From assembly GCF_006345805.1 (NCBI RefSeq), contig NC_043005.1, positions 78,306,001 through 78,370,000 on the forward strand: a stretch of 64,000 nucleotides of DNA, read 5' to 3'. Source of the stretch: Octopus sinensis (taxonomy: Eukaryota). Shown here piece after piece: positions 1 through 11,177 of this stretch (positions are counted from its first letter, which is position 1; every line of letters begins with the position of its first letter). The translations under genes were made by a program, and so were the position numbers. The notes under the pieces are model-generated. The model made no database searches, was not told where the DNA came from, and was given only the letters and a program-made list of their open reading frames with translations.

Positions 1-296
1 ACGCCAACGTTTCTGCCAGCTCACTGCTTTAGAAGCGTTGGGTAATAATTGTTTTCAAGAGAGTCAGTGATCCGCTTGCATCGATCCGAATATATGACTG
101 GTACTTATTTTATCGATCTAGAAAGGATGGAAGGCAAAGTTGCTCTCGGCGACATTTCAACTCAGAAGTATAGAGCCGGAAAAAGTGCCGCAACGCATTT
201 CTCAAGCACGCTAACTGTTCTTCCTGCTTGCCGCCTAAAATCTGTGTATTACCTATGATACATAGGACATACTTCTCAGTGGTCCCAGCATCATGT

Positions 297-520
297 ATAT
301 TTCTTTACTGCCCACAAGGGGCGAACCATAGAGGGGACAAACAAGGACAGACAAACGGATTAAGTCAATTATATCGACCCCAGTGCGTAACTGGTACTTA
401 ATTTATCGACCCCGAAAGGATGAAAGGCAAAGCGGAATTTGAACTCAGAACGTAACGAAAGACGAACTACCGCTAAGCATCTCGCCCGGTGTGCTAACGT
501 TTCTGCCAGCTCGCCGCTTT
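297..520 (-). mobile_element. tRNA-derived SINE, family B (head aaggcggcgagctggcagaa..gagttcaaattcc)
   Basis: A/B-box-like head. Other copies approx 1-238, 4236-4478, 13170-13620, 27745-28145, 45715-46395, 49722-50175, 61395-61600, 61975-62125. Confidence 0.8.
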
Positions 521-1014
521 ATAATTCATATATAATTCATAACGTATTAAACAAGAGCTTACTAAAGGTCTAACAACAAGCATAGACTATTTGCCAAACT
601 TACGAGATTGCTTTGGACGAGCAAAAGATTTTAGGCAAAAAGGATATTTAATGAAAATTTCGTAACACACATCCTTCATTCGATTTCATTCTCACTTTGG
701 TTGATTGTGTGCAGATAATCTAAATTAAAATCCCGAGAAACAAATCCAGTTAGTTTCGCTCATAAGTCTTGAGACATTCTCGATTTTTGCTCAATATATG
801 TACGAAAGCATTAGAGATGCATTTCACTGAATATGTTGTTGGGAAGGGCAAAGACTGTTTCTGGGTCTCGATATTACATTACTATTATTCTCAGCAACTG
901 AATAGTCAAATGTCAGTAATTCTATTCTCCCAAGCGTGATTTATTTCTGAAGCAGCAGTTTTTAGTAAAATGTTGAAATAGTTGTGTATTTTGGTATTTT
1001 ATTTAGTACATACG

Positions 1015-1020
1015 TGCACG

Positions 1021-1075
<55 letters not shown>

Positions 1076-1122
1076 ACACACACACACACACAAAATATAT
1101 ATACGTATAATACATACATATT

Positions 1123-1157
<35 letters not shown>
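1015..1157. repeat. (CA)n/(TA)n microsatellite
   Basis: Seen directly. Confidence 0.95.
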
Positions 1158-1158
<1 letters not shown>

Positions 1159-1548
1159 TTTTACTCTTTTACTTGTTTCAGTCATTTGACTGCGGACATG
1201 CTGGAGCACCGCCTTTAGTCAAGCAAATCGACCCCAGGACTTATTCTTTGGAAGCCTAGTACTTATTCTATCGATCTCTTTGCTGAACCGCTAAGTTACG
1301 GGGACGTAAACACACCACCATCGGTTGTCAAGCGATGTTGGGGGGAAAAACACAGACATACAAACACACATATATATACATACACATATGTACAACGGGA
1401 TTCTTTCGGTTTCCGTCTATCAAATCCACTCACCAGGCTTTGGTCGGCCCGGGGCTATAGTAGAAGAAACTTGGCCAAGGTACCACGCAGTGGGACTGAA
1501 CCCGGAACCATGTGGTTGGTAAGCCAGCTACTTACCACACAGCCTTGC
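1158..1548 (-). mobile_element. tRNA-derived SINE, family A (about 420 bp, internal TA/TG microsatellite, aaagagt tail), approx
   Basis: Head aggcgcaggagtggctgtgtgg..ggttcagtccc with A/B boxes, then ccttgggcaag (CORE-like, from memory). Confidence 0.82.
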
Positions 1549-1610
1549 CTCTATGTATATGTAGGTGTGTATACATACATATATGTATGTCGTAAGTATG
1601 TACATATATA

Positions 1611-2889
1611 CGAGGGACGTTCAATATGTAATGCCCCTGACCCAGTTGCAGTTGCTTGATCTAGCTGAAATTTTGCATGTGCAATTATTTATATCTCTAT
1701 AGATTAAGTGGCAAACTACAGCTCTTAACTAATTGTGGTTTCTGATTTACAGGTATTTGAACTGAGTCAAGTGTGAAATGGAGCCTGTTGAGTGTCGAGC
1801 AATGATCCGGTTTTTGTATTTGAAAGGACGCAAACCACGGGAGACTTTTGATGAAATTAAAGTAACTTATGGTGATGATGCCCCATCATATGACCTTGTA
1901 AAACGTTGGCATCGTGAATTCAAACATGGTCGGAACTTTGTGGAAACAGCTCCCAGATCTGGTCGCCACCCCCTTCTGCCATTGATGAGGCATCTGTCCG
2001 TCAAGTTGAGGCTGCCATTTTGGGAGATCGACGCATAACTATTCGCCAAATAGCCCATGAGGTCAAGATTAGTGCCGGGTCTGTAGAAACTATCATTCAT
2101 GACCATTTGCATATGCAAAAGGTGTCTGCCAGATGGATTCCCAGGTTGCTCACACCTTTCCAGAAGCAAGAACGCGTCGAGTGCTCGAGGATGAATTTGG
2201 AGATGTGCCAAGAAGATGAGTCAAAATTTTCAAAAGACTGATTACACAGGATGAAACCTGGGTCCATCACTATGATCCAGAGACCAAAGCCCAGTCAATC
2301 CAGTAGAAGCACCGTGACTCACCTCCTCCAAAGAAGGCAAGGGTGCAGCCCTCCGCTGGCAAGGTCATGCTCAGTCTTCTGGGATCAGGACGGAGTAGTG
2401 ATGACAGATTTACTGGCAAAGGGTACCACAATTACAGGAGCCTATTATGCTTCACTTTTGAGGAAATTAACAGAAGCTATCAAAATCAAGAGGCGGGGCA
2501 AGATCGGCAAAGGCATACTCCTCCTGCAGGACAACGCTCCGGTCCACAACTCGCGTGTCGCCAGATCAGAAGCACAGGCATGCGGCTTTGAACTCCTCCC
2601 TCTCCTGGTCTTGCACCCTCTGATTTTCACCTCTTCCCAGCCATGAAGTTGTTTTTGAAAGGAAAGCGTTTCCCAGATGATGCAGCCTTGATTTCTGAAG
2701 TCACGTCGTGGTTGGAGGACCAAGCTGGGGTCTTCTACAAAAACGGTCTCCAGAGCTGCATCAAACAATGGAAGAAATGCATAACTCTGGGTGGTTCATA
2801 TGTAGAAAAAGACTAATAACTGTGCCAGGTTTCGTTGCTCTTCTGCAATGGGAAGTGGGTCAGGGGCATTACTTATTGAACGCCTCTCG
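1611..2889 (+). mobile_element. Full-length (1279 bp) decayed mariner DNA transposon
   Basis: 34-bp TIRs at 1611-1644 and 2856-2889 (3 mismatches); TA at the left end; inserted in a (TA)-rich tract. Confidence 0.93.
1778..2816 (+). pseudogene. Mariner (DD34D-type) transposase with frameshifts and stops
   Basis: Motifs WIPRLL, DETWVHHY, FWDQDG, QDNAPVH and SPGLAPSDFHLF are spread over several frames. Confidence 0.93.
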
Positions 2890-3091
2890 TTTATACATAT
2901 ATATACATATATATACATATATACATATATACATATATATACATATATATACATATATATACATATATATACATATATATACATACATACATATATATAT
3001 ATATATATGCTCTAATGCTCTAATGATTCTGCCAGCTTACTACATGAAAGAATTCAATAAGTTCAATTAAAATTACTTAGTAGAAATTAGT

Positions 3092-3505
3092 AGGCGCAGG
3101 AGTGGCTGTGTGGTAAGTAGCTTGCTTACCAACCTCATGGTTTCGGGTCCAGTCCTACTGCGTGACACCTTGGACAAGTGTCTTCTACTATAGACTTAGG
3201 CGGACTAAAGCCTTGTGAGTGGATTTGGTAGACGGAAGCTGAAAGAAGCCCGTCGTATATGTATGTGTGTGTTGTGTGCGTGTGTATGTGTATGTGTGTG
3301 TGTTTTTGTCCCCTCCCCCAATATCGCTTGACAATCGATGCTGGTGTGTTTACGTCCTCGTGGTCTAGCGGGGCGTTACGGTTAGAGACCGATAGAATAA
3401 GTACCAGGCTTACAAAGAATAAGTCCTGAAGTCGATTTGCTCGACCAAAAGGCGGTGCTCCAGCATGGCCGCAGTCAAATGACTGAAACAAGTGAAAGAA
3501 TAAAA
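3092..3505 (+). mobile_element. SINE family A copy, approx
   Basis: Same head, body and tail. Further copies approx 7690-8315(+), 10505-10860(-), 16305-16715(+), 29768-30205(-), 31255-31610(-), 32337-32477(+), 41835-42200(+), 53550-53900(+), 56033-56215(-), 63310-63670(+). Confidence 0.82.
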
Positions 3506-4639
3506 GAATATATATACACACAGAGACACACACTCTCACACATACATATGTATGTATATATGTATGTGTTTAATATATGTGTATGTATGTCTGACTTTAT
3601 AAGTGTACGTGTATATCTATACGTATACGTATGCTGTAGATAAATACACACTTATTTGTTTTCATATATATCCATATACATTTGTGGGGTGGTGCGGGCG
3701 CGCGTAGTATAGAAAGTATATTCTTTGCTCGTTTGAAGATCCTTCTTTCAGCGAAATTCCTCCCCGACTGATTCCTCGATAAAATTCCTTTTCTTTGGTT
3801 TTAGACCCTTTCCTAATTCTGTCTCCACAGGCTGAGTTTCCTCCTCTGAAACTGGACCCGTCTTCCTTGGAAACCAAATGATTCCCGTTTAATAATAGTT
3901 GATACAGAAAGTGTTCAGTAAGGGAAGTAACTCTAAATTTGCTTAGAGTTATCTTTCTTTATCTATCTTTTATCAGGAAAATGTTTTTCGTGTGATTTTA
4001 AATATTTCGTTTGACTTTTGGCAAACAACGCAGCACTTAAATTTCACATCTTACAGTGTTCGGAAAAAAGAAGTATAAGGTTTTAGAATTTACATCATTC
4101 ATTACCAATAGATTTACAGTGCTGATAAGATAACAATTTTGCTTCGAAATTGTGCTCGAAATTATAATATACAACAGGAACAACTTATGCCAGTCAATGG
4201 TTCTTAAGCGGAGCGTCGCAATAAGTTTCTAGTTAAAAGCGGCGAGCTGGCAGAATCGTTACCACGTCGGGCGAAATGCTTAGCGGTATTTTGGCTGCCG
4301 TTACGTTGTGAGTTCAAATTCCGCCGAGGTCGACTTTGCCTTTCATCCTTTCGGGGTCGATAAATTAAGTACCACTTACGCACTGGGGTCGATATAATCG
4401 ACTTAATACCTATGTCTGTCCATGTTTGTCCCTTCTATGTTTAGCCCCTTGTGGGTAATAAAGAAATAGAAATAGGTATTTCATCTGTCTTTATTTTCTG
4501 AGCTCAAATTCCGCCGAGGTTGACTTTGCCTTTCATCTTTTCGGAGTTGGGGTCGATCTAATCGACTGGCCCCCTCTCCCAAAATTGCGGGTCTTGTACC
4601 TAGAGTAGAAAAGAATAAGCGTCTAGTTACGCAGTGGAT

Positions 4640-4760
4640 TTATAATAACAATAACTATAATAATGAGCTTATTGCATACAGTACACATGTGCAGTACAAC
4701 TGGTCGGAAAAAAGGTAAATGAGAAGCCCGCAGTGCTAATAAATCAAGTATGAATGGAAG
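4640..4760 (-). mobile_element. CR1-like LINE 3' tail fragment, approx
   Basis: The reverse complement resembles the tail at 41290-41360 and ends in (ATT)n. Confidence 0.55.
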
Positions 4761-4899
4761 CCTACCTACATTTTCGACAAATATTTTCATCAAACATTTT
4801 AATCAAACATCTTCATCAGACACTTAATGCTGCCAACATGGCTGCTGCGCGAGCTTCCCACATCTTACAACAGAGATACACTATGCTGCAGACTTCCGT

Positions 4900-6405
4900 T
4901 CAACAAAGAGGTAATAGACGAGGATTTTCAAAGCCATGCAGCTCACCATGTTCATTAAAGGCTTTCGACTACAACCCTAAGCTTCATTATGATTGCCACT
5001 CAGATATGAACTTTGGAGATATGTCCGTCAAGTGCTCTTTATGCAATGCCAAGAAGTGGTCAAGAGAAACTCCTGCTATGTGTTGCGCTGATGGAAAAGT
5101 TAACCCCACTCCGCTGCAGGATCTACCACAGCTGTTGAAGTCACTCTACACTGGCACAACTACAGAGTCGAAACATTTCCTCAATAACATCTAGAAGTAC
5201 AATTGTGCATTCCAAATGACAGCTTTCTGCGCTAATGTTGTTCAAAGTGCAGGGACAGATTTACCATAGGATAGGATCGCTTGAACCTGCTGAAAATCAA
5301 GATCCACAAATCTTGTAACTGTACTTTGTAGGCAATTTACATGAACTAGCCACCCGACAAAACTCCATTTCCACTGGCACTAACTTTCGCCTGATAATGC
5401 AACTGCAAAACCTTTTGCACCAGAAAAGCAGCTACGTACGCAGCTTCAAGTATGTCTTGGAAACAGAAGCTCAATCAAATTTTAATGTTGTCATTAATGC
5501 TCAGAAAAGACCATATAGGGAATATGCAAGCCGTTACAATGCACCCACATACAAATACATAGTTGTACTCCTTCACGGTGAACAGCACAATCCCAGAGAC
5601 ATTGTCCTGAGACGACGTGACACCACCCTCCAACGAATTAGTGAAACGCACCGATCCTACAATACGCTTCAATATCCACTTCTGTTTGTTAACGGTAAAG
5701 ACGGCTACCACATCGGTATGCCACAGCAAGATCCCCAAAATTGTAATAAACAACTCAACAAGCCAGTATCCTGCATGGACTTCTACTCATACCGATTTAT
5801 GACCCGAAACAACTGCTGTAATCACCTCCACCAGCCTCGAGAGCTGTTTCATCGATTTGCAGTCGATATGTGCGCAAAAATGGAATCAGAGAGATTGTGT
5901 TTCATCAGGTCACATAGAAAATGCGCTCTGACAGCTACATCCATCTCCGAGATGTCATCAACAATGATGCTGCTCCAACAAGCATAGGAAGAGTTTGCAT
6001 CTTGCCTTCCACGTTCACTGGAAGTCCCCGATACATGCATGAAGGAACACAGGATGCAATGACCTTTGTCCGCCATTACGGCAGGCCTGACCTGTTCATA
6101 ACTTTCACATGCAATCCGAAGAGGAAGGAGATTCAGGCCGAACTCTTCTTGTCAAAAGCCTAAAGACAGGCATGACCTCCTCGCCCAAGTTTTCCATCTG
6201 AATTTAAAAACTCTCATGGAGCTCATAAAAAATGGGCAAGTCTTCGGACCCATACAATGTGACATGTACATAATCGAAAGGCAAAAAAGGGGTCTTCCAC
6301 ATGCTCATGTCCTGCTTTGGCCGTCAATGAAGATCAAATCCACTGACATCGATAAGATAATCGCTTCAGACCTTCTTGATCCAGCTTTACACAAAGTACT
6401 AAACG
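4900..6405 (+). pseudogene. Truncated Helitron RepHel (Zn-finger region, Helitron_like_N, Rep motifs 1-2; no helicase), approx
   Basis: CSLCNAKKW..MCCADGK, QGQIYHRIGSL, YNTLQYPLLF, LPSTFTGSPRYM, PDLFITFTCNP, QKRGLPHAH; multiple frameshifts and stops. Confidence 0.9.
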
Positions 6406-6657
6406 AAATAGGGCAAATATGTATATATATATATATAACAGTAATTTCCCTTTATATAACGGTATTTTTTCATAGCGTTTTTCAGATGGCCAGATAACCG
6501 AAGAGATGGTGATGTGGATTTCCACTTCGGCATCTGAAACTCAGAGTTTTATCTTGACTATTGAGTAATTGTAACATATTATTTTATAGATAAATTTCCT
6601 CTATTTACATAATATTGAGGTATCTTTCTTTCTTTTGTTATCTTACCGTTTTTACCA

Positions 6658-6689
<32 letters not shown>

Positions 6690-6710
6690 ATGTGTGTGTA
6701 CATATGTATA

Positions 6711-6990
6711 TCTCTTATATAAAATCCGTTCTGTGTGTGTGTATGTCTTTTCGGATCTCGGGCATCCTCCATCCGATTGCGCTCAAATTTGATATGTAGA
6801 TACCGACGGTATCAGGGAGTGTATAAGTCTTGAAAAAATTACAAAAATCGATTCCAGGTGCCAATGTGATCGATAAATCCATTTTTGTCCTGCTTTTCTT
6901 CCGCCAACCTGTACTTAACTGCACCTTCCATTTTTTGTTGTTTTTGTACTGTTTAAAGGTACGTTTCTTTACTGCCAAGCTTACTGTTTA
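6711..6990 (+). mobile_element. Probable 5' part of a non-autonomous Helitron, approx
   Basis: a|TCtcttatataaaa start followed by (GT)n, like the elements at 58353 and 60018; no clear CTAG end. Confidence 0.4.
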
Positions 6991-7257
6991 AATCATGTTT
7001 GTGTTCTCCCAGTCAACAGCCTTATCCTTACTGGTATTTCAAACTCTTCGGTTGCATATCTGTGTGAATAAAATCGTTTTTCTTTGGAGTAGAAAAAAAG
7101 TCCATCTTTATTTCTTCTTTTGCTGGTGTCTCAAATTTAGGTTAAATCAGTGTTTCTCAAAGGGGAGGCCTATGGGACAGTCGGACAAGTTGTTTTGAGA
7201 AAATTTGGTTTAAATGTTTGACAACCCAGCACCGTCCATGGGACGGGGGGCGTTTTG

Positions 7258-7441
7258 TTCGTATATACATATTTATATATGTACATTATTTATATACATA
7301 CACACACACACACGTATATATATATATATTATATATATATATATATGTATATACACACTCATGTATATATATACGTATATCCACACTCATGTATATATAC
7401 ATCCATCTATATATATATATATTATATATATATATATTATA

Positions 7442-7487
<46 letters not shown>

Positions 7488-7545
7488 GTATGTATGTATG
7501 TATGTATGTATGTATGTATGTACGTATTTATTTATATATAATTAT
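7258..7545. repeat. (TA)n/(TATG)n compound microsatellite
   Basis: Seen directly. Confidence 0.95.
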
Positions 7546-7866
7546 TTCTAGCCCGCTTGCTATGTATGTACATTGCATGCAAATCACACAGACATGTATG
7601 TGTGTATGCATATACACCTCACGTTCGCCAGCGCGCATTTTTTTCATATTCGTTTGCATGTTATTTTACACCAATTACGCTATTTTTTTTTTTTTTGCTC
7701 GGGTCATACCCTTTAGTTTGACCAGAAGCTTGCTTTCCAACCACATGGTTTCGGGTTCACACCCACTACGTGGCACCTTGGGTAAGTGTCTTCTACTTTC
7801 GCCTCGGGCCGACCAAAGCCTTGTGAGTGGATTCGTCGGCGTTAACTGAAAGAAGCACGTCGTATA

Positions 7867-7899
<33 letters not shown>

Positions 7900-8019
7900 G
7901 GAGTAAACACATAAATGTGAAACAAGGTGGAAAAGAGAGTACTCAAAAACTGTCCGATGAACGGCAACGGGAAACTCAGAGTAACAGGTTTTGTTGAATT
8001 TTCTGCTGCTTTAAATAAA

Positions 8020-8067
<48 letters not shown>

Positions 8068-8330
8068 GTATGTATGATGTATGTATGTATGTATGTATGT
8101 ATGTATGTATGTATTTGTGTGTGACTAATCCACCGCTTGACAGCTGATGTTGATGTGTTTACGTTTCAGTAACTTTGCGGTTCGGCAAAATGGTAGATAT
8201 AATAAAAACTAGGCTTACAAAAAGAACCCCTGTGGTCGATTTCTCCTACTGAAAAATCCCTTTTAGGCGGTGCTCCAGCATGACCACAGTCAAATTACCG
8301 AAACAAGTAAAAGAACATATATATGTGTGC

Positions 8331-8383
<53 letters not shown>

Positions 8384-8479
8384 ATATAAAATCATTACTA
8401 TTGATTTCTAACATTTCATTTCAATCATTTGGAGAGAGGGAAAGTCATTTGGTATATAACTATTTTACTGCTAGTTAAT

Positions 8480-10460
8480 TTATAGACCCCAGAAAATCAT
8501 TTTATGACGAGTCGATGCCGGCGAAAGGCATTCAGAACATCTTCCCCCCCCCCCCATCTCACCCCATCAAAACTGTACTTTAATTCCATTTCTTCTTTTC
8601 TTTATAAATGAGGTCGTCTGTGTTTACTCTTCCGTCTCACCGAAATATCTGGTGGAAGATTTTAGTTCTTTCAGTACATGTTCCTTTGTATTTTGGATTG
8701 AATTAAAGTTTTTTTTTCTTTTCTTTTTTTTTTTTTGCGAAAGACACCTCTATCCCAAGCTGTGGTATAATTTAAGCGAAGAAGTAACGCCGCTTTATTT
8801 TATCTGTTTACGATATTCTATTATTATTGTCCATTTAGTTTTGTAAATTGCATCCTGTTGCAGGTAGTTTTCAATTTTAATTATTAATATAAAAAAATAA
8901 ACCATTCAAAGTTCTTAACACTAGTATTGGAATCAGAAATTTATAGACCACTGTGTGTACTACTAAAGCATACATAACAAGGTCCCCCAATTTTTCTTTA
9001 GTTAACTACTACATAAAATATATATATCAAGCATATTCAATAATTTCTTTTAGTCAATAGTATCAATTACGAATACAAATGACTGACGATACAAAATCTT
9101 ACGGGAGTTTTTATTTAAAAACACCTGAGCAGTCAGCAGAAAATAACTTCCCGTCAGTTGATTTGTTAATATTGTTTATTACAAAAAGAAAGTAAAATAA
9201 AAATTATTAAATCATTCATAATATACTCGATTCCTTAAAAATAAAGCTATTATTACGATTTCTCACGATAATATAGATAGATATATTTTATTTTCCACTC
9301 AGTTTTTAATTCACACTCGTTAGAAGGTGATTATCCAATGGAAATCTCACACATATTTTTTCATACCGTCAATATGGCAGCCGCCAGAATGGTGAGTGTC
9401 TCTTCACATCGCTTCACTTTCACCTTAAAACTTCATTAATTATTTAACTAAATTCTAATTATAAAGCATCACAGCTTCATACTCTTGTTTCAGATTTTGA
9501 TATTTAATTACGTTTCAAGAAAATATAAGTTTTCTGTAGATTAATTCCCCGCAAATGCCGTCGAACCAAGGCAAGTCGGTGTCTCCCGGTAAATCCGTAA
9601 ACAAACCATTCTCTAGCAGACGTGGACAATTTCTATTTCACCGGCTAATTTGCTAATATATATTTTATATCTGCTATATATTATCACCATACTCCTTCTT
9701 TCCTTTTTAAATTTCATTCGACACCGCTCAAAAATAAATTAACAGGAATTTTAGAACCAAAATTGTATTTTTTTCGATAATATAAATACAATACAACGGC
9801 AGAGTTATTTTTCTCTGAAAATATATTTATTTAATCATGTTTCATCGTTGTTCAGTATTCTTACATCACCGAGTACTGTATTTATGGCTTCATCTCCCGT
9901 TTCTCTCTCTCTCTCTCTCTCTTTTTTTCCTGACGAATAAATTCTTTTTGTCCACTCGTTACAGTGGCCCTTTGGTTAAACCGTTGGAGCGTCCGCTTCT
10001 TTGCGTTTTGAGTTCATATCCCGCTTGGGAATTAAATTTCCTTTTTCATTCTTCCCGGAATCAGTCAAACACTCAATGATCACTTCCTCCTCTCGTTCTC
10101 TCATTCGGCTGCGCTGTAAGAATCGAAGGGCTCCAATCGTAGTGCCCTTTATCTCCAAGACAACCACTTCTATTACAAAGGATGAAAGTGGCCCTATCTG
10201 CGTATAAAACAGGCTGTTAAGGAATGCACTCATTGACATTCCTTTGTAGGCAGGTGGTCTACTATTATTAAGAAGCAAAAACATAAATCCTGTTTTGTAT
10301 TCTCTCTCCTTTGTTTTTTTTTTCTCATAAAATACGAAAAAGAAAAAATGCGTGTAAGCGTCGTTAAATGTTTCCAGTAATTTCAATAAGTGTTTTCCAG
10401 TAATTTAAGCGACAAAATTCTCAACCAAAATATTGGAACACGTTCGTATATTATTGTATA
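8480..10460. promoter_or_regulatory. CpG-retaining, repeat-free promoter/first-exon region of UGGT, approx
   Basis: Unique sequence with many CpGs around exon 1; CCAAT at 9335; GACGTGG at 9619. Confidence 0.6.
9374..9391 (+). CDS. UGGT: UGGT exon 1 (MAAARM)
   Basis: aatATGG start context, strong donor ATG|gtgagt, phase 0 matches exon 2, lies in a CpG-retaining region. Confidence 0.8.
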
Positions 10461-11142
10461 ATATATCGAAGAAAAAAACAAAGAACGTTCAATAAATACT
10501 TAAGATTTCTTTTACTCGTTTCACTCATTAGACTGTGGCCATGCTGGGGCACTGCCTTGAAAAAATTTTAGTTGAATGAATCAACCCCAATACTTATTTT
10601 TTGTAAAACCTGGTACTTATTCTACCGGTCTCCTTTACCCAGCCTCTAAGTTACGGTGACTTACACAACACCACCGGTTGTCAAGTGGGAGTGGGACACA
10701 CACACACGACAGGCTTCTGTCAGTTTCCTTCTACTTAATCCACTAACGAGGCTTTGGTCGGCCTGAGGCAATACTAGAAGACCCTTGCCCAAGGTGTCCT
10801 ACAATGGGACTGAAACTGGAACCATGTGGTTGGGAAGCAGACTTCTTACCACACAGTCAGTCCTAATCTTATAAAATATTAACCTCCCAAAAATGGGGAA
10901 TCAGTCTCCAGTCTCTCACGTAACAGACAGGAATACTTACCACTATACTACTCTTTTACTTGTTTCAGTCATTTGACTGCGGCCATGTTGGAGCACTGCT
11001 TTTTAGTCGAGCAAATCGACCCCAGGACTAATTCTTTGGAAACCTAGTACTTATTTTATCGGTCTCTTATGCTGAACCGGCAAGTTGCAGGGACGTAAAC
11101 ACACCAGCATCGGTTGGGGGGGACAAACACAGACACACACAA

Positions 11143-11177
<35 letters not shown>

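Noticed and set aside
1735-1755. Splice-acceptor-like tttacag|g upstream of the mariner ATG
   Set aside because: No partner donor or exon identified, and the transposase is dead
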